Below, piece by piece: positions 37,101 to 52,100 of a DNA stretch of 64,000 bases (positions are counted from its first letter, which is position 1; the number at the start of each line of letters is the position of its first letter). The stretch spans positions 23,312,001-23,376,000 of the forward strand of contig OZ365112.1 in the NCBI GenBank assembly GCA_977030845.1. Direction: 5' to 3'. Under the pieces are notes generated by a model. The model saw only the letters and a list, made by a program, of their open reading frames with translations, did no database searches and was not told the DNA's origin. The position numbers and the translations under genes are program-made. Source of the DNA: Fimbriosthenelais zetlandica. Taxonomy: Eukaryota.

Positions 37101-38750
37101 GTTACTTTTGTCATGCCTATAGGGGGCACTCTTCTTCCCTCTATCCCCCACCCCTCACTCAACCTCCCTTCACTCAAGACCCACTCAGGGAAAACTGATA
37201 GTTGCTTCCATTGCTATGGAGAGATACACCCCCTCCCCACTCTGCCACCACCGCCACCACTACCCAACCCTTCCCACAAATCACATTACCCTCTGAATAC
37301 CAATCATGATTTACACACGCCTGGTGAAAGCGATACTTTTATTAGATCCAGTAAAGATAGAAGGCCCATGTAACTCTGGATCATGTCTCAGACTGGCAGA
37401 GTTGCTGTTTACATGGCCAGTGAGTAGCACATTGGATGAGATATCTGAGCCTTTGTACTTGGGGCATCAATACTTGATAGGGAAGGGACCAAGTCTGCAA
37501 CTCACACCTCATAATACTACTATACACTTTTTATCTCTGCCTCTGTTTTTTTCTTCATGTGAATTGCTGTTCAAAGGAATGAATGCATATGCTTTTTGTG
37601 CCTCTCGTCGATGCTACTGAGTCTCTCCTTTGTTACCATATGTGTAAAAACTGCATGGAAGCTGTGTCAGCAAATTTCATTTTTTATGAAGGTCAGTCCC
37701 ACTCACAGGTAAAATTCACTCCATTGAATTACAGCATGCTGTCATAAATAGTTGGCATTGAATGAATCGTTCTATTACATGAGTCGCATCAGTTCAGCTT
37801 ATCAGTCATATATCTAAATTGTGAGAGTGAATTAACAATCCCAGAAATCCCTGAGAGGAGAAGCTCATAAATAGGGTATATAGGAACACATTGCTGGCTT
37901 TGCCCATGAAAAAAGATGTGGCTTCTGGAGAGATTAAGTGAGAGGCACAGACATAGATAGCTTTCTTCACTAATCCTCTTGAATGAGCTAAAGTGGGAAG
38001 CAATTGAGCGTATGGGAAAAGCTGTACTCTCAATGGAAAGAGCGAGGGATATGTTTTCCTGATTAAATGCAGCAAACGTGTATATATATCCATAGAGAAA
38101 ATGGGCAGGAAAGTTAATGTGGTTGGCTTTGGATAGAAATAAAGGAATATAGTTGGCATGCAATTACATTTAATGAGGTATGGAAGGGACGTAGGCCTAC
38201 GCATGATCTTTTGAAAAGAAATTCAGGTGAATATAGGGTGTGGCTTTCTTGTGGAGTGGAAGGATGCAGCCATGGAGTTGGTTGGAAAAGGTGCCGTGCT
38301 ATTGTAAGGGACTAATGAATTTCTCTCCGGCTTAAAGCTACAGGAATTAAGGACATTAAAGGCGTCTGAATCAAACTGATTAGCTGCTGGAAAAGGCCAG
38401 CCTGGTTGTTTTTTAACCTCCTTCCATTATGATGCGGTGAAAGTGGTGCGGTAGATTAACCCACCCTTCATCTACTAAACCAGGCAGTGTGCACATGTGT
38501 CTCTACATTTGTGTGTACTATAGGAGTATGTTTTTGTAACTATGTGTGTCTTATGTGCTTGTAATATCTGTTTTTTTTGCATACACATATTATGTGGCTG
38601 TATTTGAGGATATTTTTATTTTTATCAAGGTCTTCACACCAGGAAGACTGAGCCTGAATTCATGCAGCTTGTTAATGTTTTGTGAAACTCTGGAGGCTTA
38701 TCTTCTTGACATCACAAATTTTAATCCTGTTAAGGTAGAACACATAGGCT

Positions 38751-38992
38751 TCACAACCAATGACATATTTACACCTTTTGCCATAGGAATATCAACTTGT
38801 TATATGACATTGACATCACAACCAATGACATATTTACACCTTTTGCCATAGGAATATCAACTTGTTATATGATATTGACATCACAACCAATGACATATTT
38901 ACACCTTTTGCCATAGGAATATCAACTTGTTATATGACAATGGCATCACAACCAATGACATATTTACACCTTTTGCCATAGGAATATCAACT
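38751..38992. repeat. 65-bp minisatellite, about 3.7 copies
   Basis: TCACAACCAATGACATATTTACACCTTTTGCCATAGGAATATCAAC recurs at 38751, 38816, 38881 and 38946. Confidence 0.97.
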
Positions 38993-41900
38993 AAAAGTTA
39001 ATTAAATCTAACGGGTTTTTGTCATGGTAAAAAAGTTGAAGACTTCAACACGTTCTTCTGCATTGCTGTTAGGGATAGCCAACCACCAAATCTTGGTGAC
39101 ATTTATTGTATCAACCAGAACCACCCAAATCTTTGCCTACTGTATGATACTTATAAAGAAACCAATTCAGCTCGAAATTGGAGAAGTAGAGATTTTTCCT
39201 GTATGTGTCTCCGGATTTGGGGTTCTAGGACTTGAAACTTTATTTGCACAGCACTGCACAAAGCTTGATTCTCTAAAACAGATGAGAGAAGGCTATAGAA
39301 CGAACCTCCTCCTCATTTATCACAGATCTGTCTTTAGTCTGAACTCCTCCTCTCCTCTCGGGAGAGCCAATCTGTTTTGTCTTGAGCAAAAACATATTGA
39401 ATTATAGTTTGAGAGCGGGGTGAGTGGATGGTTGACTTCCATCCATGAAGAGCAAGCCCAGGCTCCTCCTTCACTACTTAACTATGAAGTCTCGCATGAA
39501 GTGTGGGACTGCTAAAAACTAGTCACACTCAAACACTGGAATCATATCAATTGTTTAATAAACAATGACTTTATAATTATGGGACAAATTCTTAATCAGT
39601 ATGTGGTATAATTGATGAAACAGGCCTCAGATCAAGGTTATATTATAGCTATGCAGTGTAATGAAATGGTTAAGACATGGTTGAAATATTGTGCATCTGT
39701 CAGCTGCATAATTCTAAGCACCTGCCCAATAGATTCATATATGTGCAGGCATTACTATGCATAGGCCCATATACATGTACTTTATGAATTATATATTTCA
39801 ATTTCAAGCAAGAGGTAGATTGATGTACGTAATTATTGGAGATTCCTTGTGGTTTCAAGTCCTGTCATCGATCAGGTGTATGCATGTCATCATTATTTTT
39901 GATGAATAACTGTTCTGCTCTTGCACCGTGGCACCTCATGCATCATCTTTTACCAACCTGTGTGTTACTTTCATCATTTTGCAGCCAAAAGAGACTGTCA
40001 TCAAGGCATCTTCCAATCAATTAGTGTTTGGGGTTCCATGTTGCTGCTATTTTTGTCATTCCTCTGTCTTAACTCCATTTCAAAAAACCATGCCTTTTTC
40101 TGCACAGGTTATTCCCACAAAACTGACTAAAGAAGAGCATGCTATTAGTGTCTAAATCAAAGATGTTCCTAGTGGTGTAGTTCCTATATTGTGGGTCCAG
40201 CTATAGAGCAATACTGGACCATGAAGTCTCCCTATGGTGTGAACAAACAATAAAGGATAGACATAAATTTGTGGAATACTATCACAAAAGTACCCCAATC
40301 CATAGTGCTTATAATGCCCCAACCTAGCTTTGTCCTCCTAAATCTAATAAAACCCACGCCCACATGTGTTTGCCATGTTTTTCCATGAAGACATGATGGA
40401 TGATGTAATGATACAATATCCCTTCTTGACTAGGAGTGTCTCATTCCATGCCATTCCACTGGGCATGCAGCCGTCCGCTAAAGCCCTCCCATCCCACAAC
40501 CACCCCCATCCCTATCCCTATCCCCCTCCCCCACCTTCCTGATTTGTCTCAATCTACATTCATTTCTCCCATCTCTCACTTGTTTCCTAATCCACCAGCA
40601 TTTATTTTTCTCCAAATGCACTTTATCTTCATGAGAGAGGCTGACTTACTGTGGCAGATAGTGCGCATGCGCAGGATGCACCAGGCTAGCCCATCCGCTG
40701 TTGGTTACTTCTTCTTGGCTTCCGTTGGAGGGGGACACTCGCACTTTTTTAAGTTGTATTGCACTATTAGCAGTAAATGTGTATAATGTTTAATGAAAGA
40801 GATTGTTTTCCATTGTGAATGGATGCCATTGAATGCTGAGATTATCAGTCTATGTTCAGACACCATGACAGTGAAGAAAATTGCAAAATGCCGTTGACAT
40901 CATCAATTGTCTGTTGCCTGTATACCCTTTCTCTATAGTCTAATGGCAGGCCATAGGAATGTGAATGCAATAAAAGTCATAGTTGCCCTTGCAAGCTTAT
41001 GGCACAGTCAAGGAAATGATAGGTTTCATAAACTTTTTGTATGAAAGAGGACTTGCGCTAATTTAAGATTTCTGTACACCTTCCACAGAAAAAATGAAGA
41101 AAAGTAAAAGTTCCCGCATTGCTTCCAAGCCTTCCAAGGTTTGTCCAGGCAGACTGCTCTGTCCATGCCATCGTATTCTTCAAATCATTCGAGTGTCCCC
41201 CTGAGCTTTGGAGATTCTCTCATAATAGGGACATATGTGGGGGTGCTGGGAAGTGTTATCAAGAAGAATCGCCGGCTAGATTACATTTTAGGAGATTGGA
41301 AAGGCTAGAGATTCTGGCGAGAGTAGGGGGCTTTTAGTTGATGCTCCCAGGCTGCTATTGTTGGTAGACACTGTAGGTGAATGAAGTTGAAAGTAGTCTA
41401 TGGGATCATTAGCGTGAATAACAAAGAACCATCCCGGCTCTATTTCCCATGCCTGTCTCTTAACTCGCATCCTAATCTAACTAGGCATACTCCTAATCTA
41501 CCAGCCAAAAGCCTTAGAAAGGCAAAGGAAATGACGAGCACTGGGCCCAAGAGCAATCTCCATATTTTGTTGCTATGATTGATTACAATTTACATAGGGA
41601 AATCAAAAGCCTTTTCAATGCTGGGATAAAGAAAATCCTCCGCTCTTCTTTCTTGGATCTTTCCTCATCAGCAGCTTGCACACAGCACCTTTCGCCTCAT
41701 TCTCCTTCCTATATCAACTCCACATCATGCTTGGGAAGGTGATTGCTCGTCCAGCTGACCCGGCTGGGCTCCCAACAGCAAATTAATTTCACAGGGCCTC
41801 GGTAATATGAGCCATGCGCTTGTTTGTACATTAAATTAATTGATAAAAAATAAGGCCGTTTTGGAGGCGTGGCATTACTGATGCAGTTGGCATTGTGTAC

Positions 41901-44900
41901 TATCGCCCACATAAAAGGCATATTAAAACAAGCTGCCCGGGCTTGGGGGATTGTTTTATCTTACCGGTACTATTAAATTTATTTACAAAACTACTTTAGG
42001 GTAATATAACATATGAAACGGCCCGTGGTCTCTCTGAAGTGTTTTGCTATATATATTTGAATGTCCAAACGTAGATATCTACTTAGCCAATATACCTTTG
42101 CAAATATCATTTGCAACAAAGACATCAGAGAGCAAAAATGGTTTGAGTTGAAAGATGACATGTTTGATCTGCCACCATACATGCTCTTCTGACGCTGCTG
42201 TCATCATAGTTACACATCATATGATTGTGAATATATTTGATCAAAACATGATCCCAAACACGTGCACTTTAGGGTGACCATTGGAGGCCAGGGGGTCGGA
42301 CGCTGAAAAATGATTAAACTGTTTTGTCATGTTTCAAACAGAAATGTACTTGTATCGCTGACAACAGCATATATATATCATTTGTATTTCAGCATTTTTA
42401 TATTGACATTTAGAAGTGTGATATGCATGGTGTGCATTCCTGCCTTATCAGATAGACTTTTAAGTCTGAAAACCGTAAAAAATATGATTGAAAAGCACGA
42501 TGTAATTCAAATGATACATATTTATATCCAGAAGGCAAAACTGTTGCTAGTAAGATGCCTTAAGAATGTGTGGCGGGTGTGTGAAATCGGGTGCAGCGGA
42601 GGATGGGCAATTGGATTTGCCTCCTTGCAGTGTTGGCAATTACCTCTCAGATACAATTGATATTGACACGCGAGGGCAAATATGATTATCTAATTACAGG
42701 AGAATGAAATCTGAGTACTGCTCATAAAGAATATGACTACCATTTGGTCTGGCAATGCTCAGGGCTGATTCCATGGGATTCAATGCAGTATGTATATTCT
42801 CTGCCAAATTGTGTTAAATGTGGCATATCAACGGGGCTTATACTGAGCCTGTGGGGGTAGACTCACTGAGGTCTTGTTAAAGGCTTGGGAAACTCTTAGG
42901 GTACCCCATGGACAGATTTCCTTAGAGGCCTCCTATAGGATTTCATTTTGGCAGCATAGCAGATACACCCACTACATTTTTTCTTCTAGAATCTAACCTA
43001 AGGTGACATGGAGAATAGCGGTCTCTCATAATGCTATATTTTAAAAATGTTATTACTATTAGTCAGAAGGATTTAGGAGGCCTTTATTAGTCCACATTTA
43101 CCTTACACTCTTCATGGTTCTATGAGAAAAAACACTTTGTTATTGATCCTACGGAGTAATCCATGACTCCATGCATGGGAAAAATATTGCAAGAAGAGCA
43201 ATGGGCCGCCTGCACCTGCACCGTGGATGCTATTATAGTCTTGATCATATTTCAACCAAGTCTCCACCGCTTATTTAAGAGCTGATAATTGACTGTGAAA
43301 AGGGCATAACAAATAAAATCCACACCTTCATAATTAGATCGTTTTTGCTTCTATATATTATATAGAATGTGCTCCATAGGGGATGTTGTATTACAACATT
43401 TTTCTTCAGATTGTAAATACCATTTTAGGCGGATACATGAAGAAGTAAATGCTCTTACCAGCCTTATGGCTGCTACCTTGGACTATATAGATCTGTGCTG
43501 AAGTCCCGAAATTACTGGGCAATTATATCCCTAATAGGACTGAAATAAGCAGGATAATGCTACATCATTACTGACCCAATTTTTCCGGGCTCTTTTTGAC
43601 ATAGTTACTTCTAACCATTTTGGGTGCATTTTTCTCCTCTACATTTGTCATCTTTTCACTCGTCCGTAAATAACATAATTATGTTCCTTGTGACTCCAAG
43701 ATAGGGACTGTACATAGATATTATCCATATTATGGCTACTCACACCAAAGAGATCGAGCCCAAGACTAGTCCTGAATGCATGGGTCCATTCATATTAAGG
43801 CAAGCCAACAGTGAACAGATTGCAATGGCTTGGCACTTGGTGCATTGCAACTATATGCAATGGGAGTCAGTCTATATAAAGGACGAGTCTCCTCTTCAGT
43901 CCGCTAGATGTGAACCCAAATTGTCCATTTGGGTAATGACTGCATTGTCCCGTAATTTAGACGATAATCCCATCTAGGCTAATGATGTCTGACCCCTGGT
44001 ATGCGGCACATACTTCATATCATTCCTCCGGCCTGTTTCAGAAAACATTAGCCAAAAATAGACCTCTCCAATGCTCACTGCATTCCTTGATAATACTTCA
44101 TTTCTGATTAAATTATCCATATATAGATCTATTTCCAACATTTCTCCCTTTCCCTTATACCGGCCCGCCCCTCTTAATATCCCGTCTGCCCCCAATCTCA
44201 CTCGTCTCTAGCCCCCCTCTCTCTTGAATGTTTTTTTCTCTGGTTCTCCCCTTCCATCGCATCATCTGTCCATATCTCCCTGTCTCTTTCCCTAGCTGTC
44301 TCTCCTCTTTCGCTACATATTCTCTATATCTTTCTCATTTTGCAGTCTCAGTTTCTTTCTTTCTATATCTCGACCTGGAGTATATGATGTATGGTTATGC
44401 CGCCAGGGTTATATTAATGGGATTGTTTTTACTCGGGCTATGGTCTCCCGAGTGAGACGAGAGCTGGCCTGAGGTTTCATGCCCATTAGCCGCGCTATCT
44501 CATGGAAGGAGTTCTCAGTACGCCCAGTGACTTCTACAAAAACATGACATTAGTGTATGCTTACAAATGGGCTGGATTCCCCGCGTATATACACTTAATG
44601 TTTAATGAGCTGGGCCCTGTGTGACCACTTGAGTAAGACTATGGATATTTCTTCAGCCATTAGACAAACACTTTAAATACCAGAGAGGGCTATTGGTTCT
44701 GTAAATCCAGTAGAGGAGGATTGTGTTATAATGTGGTGGCTATATCATCCCGTCTTTTGCAATTTAAATCACGTTTCTTTTAAACTTCATTCTGAAAGGC
44801 CGTCTTCTGTGGCTTGGTGGTTTGGTAAATGTGTAAAATCCAGGCGGATTTTTGCCTGGAAATCCTTAACTGACTCCTTCTCTCAAGGGTGTTGGCGAGA

Positions 44901-45007
44901 GCAGGGAGGGTAGGCTTACATGTGAATGGCTACATATTCTTAATTACAGGATCATACATGGAGGATCTTGAATGTTTCTTTAAGCCAGATAGGCATGTTA
45001 GAGGGGT

Positions 45008-46120
45008 TGTGGTAGAGATAGGTATCTGACATGTTGGGGATTAGACATGTAATGTTAGACGGGTTTTAGAGGTTGGGTATAATGATAAATAGACGTCTGG
45101 GGCTCGATGGAGTACAGTATAAGCAGAGGGTAGATTAATGTTATTACAGTAATGAGTGTGTGTGGCAGTATGTTTATAGTATATGCTAGGTCTCTGGAAA
45201 ATGGGAAGAACTTTTAGTATCCGGTGCACTTTTGTCACAATAGAAAGATGAAAATTCAAACGGCAGATTTCCTAGGTTTAGTTAATCATAATGTAATATC
45301 TAAGATATAATTAATAACTATAATGATATAATTTCAAGCTTTAGGCTAATAAGTTTAATAAGTGGAATTGCACCAGTTAAGAAATATTTGTGACAGGGGT
45401 GTATCCAGGAGAATCGTAGATTGTGTGTTACTGCCTAATTCATGGGTAATTAATTGGCAGGTTGTCCATTCATGATATACTTCTGTCCTCACATGTATGT
45501 CTTTCATTGCTAGGCTAATATCAAAAGCATAAAATCTTAAAGTATATTTAGAATGTACAATTATAGGCTAAAAGGGATATTTATAAATTCAATGTTGGAA
45601 ATGACGAGGTTAATTATTGTTCTCAACTTTATATGCATGCTCTGTGACAGAAGTATATTGGTCTGGATATGTTTTGGTATTTGGAATCATACTTATATTA
45701 TTTGCTAAGTGCTATACTAGTTTTATTCTAGGTTTGAAGTCATTTATAGTGTTTTTAGATATTAGAAATGGTTTGGTACTATTATGAACATGGTATAACT
45801 GCTTTCCCTCCTCCTGGTTGCATCCCCCCTCCCAACTCGAGGCTGCCTCCTCGGGGTGGGGGAGGGAGGGTGATCACGTGGGCTAGTTGGTCGTGCCAGT
45901 GGGTAGTTGACCATTGGTCACTGATTCTCTATGAGTAGCTCCCCACAGACCAATCAGGGTTGAGGAATCGAGATGGGTAGATAGTTGAGTGGTACCTATA
46001 CACCCTTGACCCTAATTTATGTCAGAGATGAATGAGCTCACCTCCCCACTCATGGCTACCTCCTTGGGGTGGGAGGGGGTTCATTGGCTGCATGTGATTG
46101 GCTCTGGGGGTTGTGTGCTG
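45008..46120 (-). repeat. Dispersed repeat homologous to pieces of MULE intron 1 (13651-13730 and 14534-15056)
   Basis: Collinear inverted matches: 45008-45184 vs 14884-15056, 45475-45862 vs 14534-14883, and 46060-46120 vs 13651-13709. Confidence 0.88.
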
Positions 46121-49100
46121 ACCATTGGTCAATGATATGAACTTATGTAAATGAGGGTGATGAGCACAGCACGGATAAAAGGTGCAGCTCGCCCTCTCTC
46201 TGGGTCTTCTTTTGTCTTGGTTTTGACACTGAGCTAAATCTCTAAGACTTGAGTTTGAATCTTTGTGAAGCTCTCTGGGGCTGGCCTGGCTTCGGCTAGG
46301 CTGGCCCTGGTTTGGCTTGGTCTTACTTAGTCTCTGGCTTGTATACTTTGACATGTATGGACTTTGAAATACACTACACACTTTTGACATGTAAACTACG
46401 ACTTGTCTTGCTTCATCTTCATCCAAATCTTCGTAAAGTTGGCTTCAGAAATAAGCCCGACTTTACAAATGGGCAAGATCTATGATACTCTTAAAATATC
46501 GCTTCTATACTTATCGCTTAAGATTGTTCAGACTGAAGGAGCAATGTTGCTATATATACCTACTGAGGATTTTATCAATGAAATATGTTGGCATATATTC
46601 CCACAGTTTCCCATGGAAAATTTATCACCGCACAAATACTTTGTATATTTATTGTTCCCATGTTCCCTAAACACATATCAATAATGAATGGTCCCACAGT
46701 TCAACCCCTTCGTCCCACCGCCACCGATTCTTAGTTAATCAATCGCTTATGTGAGCTCAAGCAGCCTGAAGGTTGACCGTTAGGGAGGCTGTCCCAGGTC
46801 TAACCATTGTCTACATATCCACTTATCACAAGATATTTATGGCTAGATACACATCTTCCTGATTCCTAGACTTATCTTCCTGTCCTTATTGTCACTCGTG
46901 GATTCAATATGTTACTAAGGGGTCCGGTCAGATTGTCTCTCTTCTACCCCTTTGATATAGAAAAGTGGTTCTATTGTATATCCCTTTCTCCTTTGATCTT
47001 TTTTTTTTGCCTTTTTACCGTTGAAAATAAAAACATATCGAGGATTTACTTACTGGTAAAATAAATAGAATAAAAGCATAATATCTTACTATATTTACTA
47101 TAGTAACTTACAAATAAAATGACATAGTCTAACCCCATGATGATCCTGAATTAGTGACACTTGAGTTCCCCCAAGAGATTGGTCGAGTCTCACCAACAGC
47201 GGAACAGCCACTTCAATTTCTTTTTCTCTCCTCTTGCAACCCTTCAACTGAATCCATTGCTCGTTCCCATAGCAACAACTCTTGTATGCTCCTCTAGTTT
47301 AATGGTTTTCTCTGCCTCTCGACCTAATGCCACGGGCCTGGCATTGTACATCTCGGAGAATATCAGTAATTTGTCTTCGCAAACCAGATAGGGAAAAATC
47401 CTAAGTGGGTATGATGCAAAACAAGTGGGCCTGCCCTCTATTACCGTGCCCTGTCTGAACAGGACTTACCAGAATTCCCAAGCATAGAAGGATTTAACCC
47501 CCAGTGACTGGTTAACTATAAACCTAAGCTAACATTGGAGGTGTTTCAGAAAGATATAGAACATTTCTGTAACAAACATGTTGTTTACAGATCCTGATGA
47601 AAACTAAGCCACTGCTTGTTGATTGATGTGCATGAGTATGACAAAAAATCAAGCAATTCATCACTCATCACTCATCTAATAAAATGTAATGGTTTCTTTT
47701 AATTTTAAATAACCTCTTAAATCCCGATTCATTCACTTGAAAATCCAGTGGAGTTTATGCAAAAGAGGAGACACAATTTAGTGAGATGCATGGAAGCTTA
47801 GCCGCCCTTCTGGAGAAAAATAACCAGTCCACCAAGCTAAGTGATGCAACACCAACCCTTCTGTACGAGGCAAAACACAACTCATCCTTCCCCTCATTTG
47901 CCACGTTATTTTTGCTTAAAATGAATGCGCCAAGAGAAATTGATCCTGGCAATCAAACCTCATTCAGCTAATTTCCCTGCTGATTTGTCCCATCCTGAAA
48001 GGGAGGCCGCTGTTTAGCGATTCACTTCCCTAAATCTCTCCTTCACCAACATTCTCCCGGCCACCTGGCATTGTCATGGAAAAAATTATCCTAAAGCATG
48101 ATAATATTTTGGTAATAATAATCACTTTTGTGAATCTATTCGTACATTTTTTGTCTCCTATGAATTGTGAAAAATGTTTTATGAATTGACAGAATTGTTA
48201 CTAATGAATTAAGATAACCTATTAAAATTAACCTGTTTTCAGAAGGGACGAGGTGTTTAAATACAAGTAAGGAAATGCCCTGGACATGAGTGTGAAAAAT
48301 GTCACGGAATACGTAGGTAGTTTGGAGAAGATGTTAGTTGAGGAGGGGAAGTGCGGCGAAAGAGATAGTATGAGGGAGGGAGTGAGGAAGGGAGAGAAAA
48401 TGACAGGGAGAGGAGGGCAGGAATTCAGCAGGAGGCATCCATTACTTGAATGGCATCTCACGTCGCTAATATTGAATTATGGCAAGTTTGCCTTATTTAG
48501 CGTCCTTTTGATGAATCACTGAGACTTTTGTTTCAAAGCTGCCCAATATTCCGTGAAAAATAAACAACAGAATTAAGAGGGTTGTGCTCACCATGGCAGG
48601 CATTCAATCCCTTAACAAACCCCCCTCGTTGAATATTAGTGAGGGGGGCGAAGGCCTCCATCTCCCATTAACGCACTGATGCGACCTGCACCCTCAAATT
48701 TTAGCGAAATATTATCTTCAAAACATTTTCAATAATTAGCAATTCGTCTCCAAGCCTGCTGAATGATTGCTTTTGTATTCGGAAGGAAAGCGGGTCGTCT
48801 CTGCTGAGGTAGAAGGGATTTGACTTGAGGGAAATCTTAACCTTGTTCACGGCTGTAGCTGAATGTTCAATTGGCTGAATAGACATTAAAATCCTTCAAA
48901 TCCATTTGAGGTTAGTCTAATATAGGACACTATAATTTTTATCAATGAAAGTCTGTTATAAGAATTGTTATCTTCATTATTTTGTTACGTAAAACGTAAA
49001 GTGTCTTATAATACAAAATGATGCTGGGGTCTGTTCCATAAGAAAACAATATAGAGCTCTGCTCGTGCATCTTGTTATGAAATAGACCGAAATGTCAGTA

Positions 49101-52100
49101 TCTGATCCAGTCAAAAAAGCACTAGGCCCTATAGGACAATACCCAAAGCAGTCAGGACTTCACGCAGTAAATTGAATGCAGTAAATACAAGGGAGTGTTG
49201 GTCATAATTCATACAGTGAAAAAAGTATGCCTATATGGTGTATTGGGAAAAGGCACAAAGGAGTCTGGAGCGGTTTTTATGCAGCAACCTTGGAAATCAG
49301 TATAGGTCTATACATTTGTATACAATTCACAAAGGAGTCCCGCATTAGCCTGTATTAAGTCAGCACATGCATTCATTTTGTCATCCATAGGGAAACACGA
49401 GATAAATCCTATTAGGGGAGACGTAAAGCAATGTTTCAACGCTTTCTGCTCAGATTGTCGCATGTACTTGTGCAGGTTTCATGCTCTCAGACACCACATA
49501 TGACGTAAGGTCCCATGTGTAAGTCACCACATGTCGTATCTGTGACGTTTTGTCACCGAGGCGTCCAGACGTTCATCATGTCATGTCTATGAGTCTTTCC
49601 GCTTCATACAGACCCGTCAATGTACCCTCACCCCTGCCATGTTGTCAAAGTCCCACCCTCTTAAACATATTAATTTGGTCATATTTTCTATTGTATTTTA
49701 GTAATTATGACGTCCTGTAGGCCACTGACACATAGCCAATATTTATTAAAGTAGGCAATTTGTAAAAAGAGAATATGAATTAAATTTGTTTTCTCTTGTA
49801 TTTCATGAGTATATTCTATTCTGTTGTATCCTTCCCTGGCAGTGTACAGCTAGATCACTTTTTGTCCATTTCCAGTATTGGAGAGCTTCCTTTCTGAGAA
49901 GTGAATTCTATCCATCAAGCTTGGACGTAGACATTCAGTCGTAAAATTGCCCTGCCTAACTATGTGTTCACTTAATATGATCCGACTGCAGATCGAGGTA
50001 GGGCATTCCATTTTGAGTTATATTGGAGATAAAATTGTGCTTTAAGAAAGTAAAGGAGACGAGATTCAGGACAACCCACACTATCTGTGCATGGATGCAT
50101 CACCATGTAAAGCTATCAATATTGAACGAATCCCTAATAAGACTGGATCCCATATGTAGTATAAGTTTGATCTCGTCTATCCGTTATCCCCAGCAGATTA
50201 TCTCTTAATGTATGCAGTCCAACGAGTACAAGACATGAAATATGTTACCAGATTTTCAAATCTTATGCTTTTGATACATTTGAATAAGAAGATAGGCCGC
50301 TTGGGCTTTACGCCTGCCATCCAGTAGTATATGTAGCAAGTAATATGCAGCAGAAGAGGCAAGACTTGCCAACCCATTATAGATCCCAGGAGGGTGCTCA
50401 AAACCCCCACTCCTCCACCCCATCCCATGAAGCTATTCCATCCCCATCATATACTCCCACAGTCCCATCCCTACCCCCATCTTCCACAGTCCTCCCCTTC
50501 ATCCCCCATCTCCCTCCCCCAAACTCCACCCACTCCATCAACACAATGCTTGTTTCCAGGCGAGCATAAATTGTAAAGTTGAGTTGTTTCGATTTCCATT
50601 AAGGAAGTGGTATAGCAGTTTCTATCTGTGTGCACACATAAGAAATCTCTCCAGGCTTGTGAGGAATGGGTCTCTAGATCCATCTATTTTAGAAGTTGTG
50701 TTGTCTGGTCTTGATGTTTTTCTTTAGTTTTTGTCCTGCGGATTATACTTCCGTGGATACACACCTTTATCTATCTTCATCGTTTTTCTCCAATTATTTC
50801 AATGATTAAATTATCAGCACAATGCCTTATCTACATTTAAGTAACAAAAACTAGTGCAAAATTGAGCCTACAGTATCAAAGATCAAAGCCTTCCTTCCTT
50901 GCAACTCTAATGCACAAAATGCACAAAATTAAGTTGTTGCACTGTTTTTGTGACGAGGCATTATGCAACAAAATGTATGTTGCATGTATGCTTTCATGTT
51001 CGTCGGGATGTTGCTCTCCATCAGTGCCTAATGCATCAGAGACCAAATGTTGTCTTTTTCGCGTATACTCCATCCATGTAACAAGCTTTGGCAGAACAGT
51101 ACAGTTGCCAGGGAAGGATTTCGGCAAGAAAAACGTTCCATGATCCATGTAGCGGGATCCATATGCGTATGCACATGTACATATGCACAGAGAAAGGGTC
51201 CAGTATAAGCGGTGCAGCACTCGCTTCTCTCACCCTCTCCTCTCTGGTTTGACAGAGGACCTTTGTCGACGTGGAATCAATTACTGCTTTCATTCACATG
51301 GGATCATCCTCCCAGTGCTGACTTTATGACCTGCTAGGCTTACAGTGGTGAATGATCCGACAACACAAGATAGAGCTTCTACGCCACACCAGACTAATTG
51401 CCACTCATTAGCTCTCCTTGTGATGGGGGAATTATTACAAGTTTAATATGTTTTGTAATGTTTATGCTTATGCCTGGATGATAAATCCTTTCAACATTAA
51501 TTGGATGGTTACACCAAAAAGATGGGCGAGTTTAGCATCTGGTGCAAGATTGTTCGCCATCCATTAAATGGGGTAGATCTACTGGATTCTGTCACATGTG
51601 TAACTGCACTAGCATGACAAGCCGTAACTAAATCGCAACATCGCATATGGAGTTACCCCATAACCTTCTTTTGTGTCTCGTAGATCTATGCTGCATCTAC
51701 CCAGACCCCGAGATAATGTGGTCAGTGTGAACTCTATAGCCTGTACAGACACTGCCAGATCCAGACCTTTTAGTTTTTAAATCTGCAGAAAGTACTGCAT
51801 GTGCTGAAAGTTTAAAAAAAATAGAATAGGATACAAGTACATAATGGGAAGAGTTGATAATGTGGTAGAGACGGTATGTGCGACCATTAGGTGGTTATTG
51901 TGCGCCCCCTAATGGTAGCTCACCGATGTAGAGACAAGTGCGCAGATGCGTGACAATAGGAGGAAGGAGTAAATATTTGGATGTAAGGGAAGCTGGGGAG
52001 GATATTGTCCAAGGCAAACCTTGCTCTATGGCAGAGCTTCAAAAGAAACAGCAGTAGTGACGGGCCAAATCTGGAAGGGTGCTTGTTTGAGAGCACTTTC

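Noticed and set aside
46022-46426. 134-aa ORF as a protein gene
   Set aside because: Its 3' end overlaps the non-coding dispersed repeat shared with MULE intron 1, and no domain is recognisable.
50876-51220. Signal-peptide-like 114-aa ORF (LHRLYWTLSLCICTCAYAYG...)
   Set aside because: It starts at GTG with an in-frame stop just upstream, and has no credible acceptor or recognisable family.
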